Shown here piece after piece: positions 63,012-64,000 of a DNA stretch of 64,000 bases. Source of the stretch: Macrostomum lignano (taxonomy: Eukaryota); contig NIVC01003902.1 of the NCBI GenBank assembly GCA_002269645.1, positions 6,560-70,559 of the forward strand, in the 5' to 3' direction. Position 1 is the first letter of the stretch. Each line of letters begins with the position of its first letter. The notes under the pieces were generated by a model. That model did not search any database. It had not been told where the DNA came from and was given only the letters and a program-made list of their open reading frames with translations. The position numbers and the translations under genes were made by a program.

Positions 63012-64000
63012 CTGCGAGGGCAGAGAAAGGTTTCTATGAGCAATTCCTATTTTATCTATGCGATGATTCCGTGGGCCAATCGGCTGCAGCAGTCTGGTTG
63101 GCTCGGGAGAAAGCGACAGGCCAACAAGGAGATCTCGCACTAGAATCTGGTTCTTGATCTCCTTGGCACGCGGACGCAAGTGTAAAGCTGCAATCAATCG
63201 AAAAAAAATCCTTCAGACTTTGAGTGAAGGGATACATGTAGTTCCCTTCAGTTCCGTTCCTAGAATTTACGTCGAAGAAACTAATTTAAAAAACCGCATA
63301 TAAAAGGCCAAAGGAAGAAGATGTCAGACGTTTCACTAGATACGGGTCTCCTTTGCTTCCTCTCTCGATCTTGGCACCACCGCACCCCTTTCACTGCTTC
63401 AGCAGAGCTCTGTCTCTCTGACCTCTATTGGGTGTTTCTTCTCGCTGTAAATGTCACTCAATAGGCAAATAGTTTAGTTCGGTGCACCCTGTGCGCTTTT
63501 CTTTGCAATAGTTTTTCGACGAGTTCAGCAGAGTGAACGGGAAAGCGACCAACACGCAGCATGCGTTCGATTGGCGTCTTATCTGTTTTTTAGAGAATTA
63601 TAGAACTTGCACTATAATATGCACCTAAAGGAGAGCGAACGCCTTTGATCCGGTATACGAATGAAATTGAATGAATAATATATTGTATATAATATATATA
63701 CCGGTATATTATTTATATATATTAATAAGTCGGATGAAAAAATTGGTGAAAGTTTGCATCCAATTCAGTGCTATGCACCAACTGGAATGGTGCTGGAAAG
63801 TTACCCTCGTAAACAAATCTATAGTTTCGTTTGATGAATGTACCGTAAGAGGTGCAAGCAATTATACATGTACAAGGAATGGAAGATGCGTGCAATATAT
63901 GCAATTACATAATTTGTTGGATTAAAAAGTTGTGAAAATAAAAAATCACTACACGGCTTTGTGATCCTAATTGTAGTGCCTATACACGTTATTACGGGAA

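Overview
Eukaryotic (metazoan) genomic DNA with GT-AG introns, GC-rich exons, and introns or spacers packed with tandem arrays and transposons. The style suggests a free-living flatworm such as Macrostomum, but that is inference only. Hand-spliced host genes: adenosine kinase (+, start codon not found); two tandem SLC23/NCS2 nucleobase-ascorbate transporters (-), the second with one in-frame TAG; two tetraspanin paralogues with the same six-exon layout (-); an HR96/NR1J nuclear receptor (-) with a 1-nt frameshift before AF-2; and a class A peptide-type GPCR (-) with a frameshift in ECL2. Mobile DNA: an intact Ty3/Gypsy element (identical 249-bp LTRs, AGTAG target duplication); a decayed DIRS/Ngaro-type tyrosine-recombinase retroelement; a TTAA-flanked piggyBac derivative built from two inverted 5' ends; a P-element-like MITE beside a THAP relic; a hAT-Charlie-type MITE family carrying expanding CT tracts; and a Harbinger-like MITE carrying a 33-bp array. 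Most unusual: the fold-back piggyBac (possible hairpin silencer), exon-limited homogenisation of the SLC23 pair, the MITE-borne tandem arrays, and three otherwise intact genes with one lesion each. All counts and alignments were done by eye; no database searches were run.
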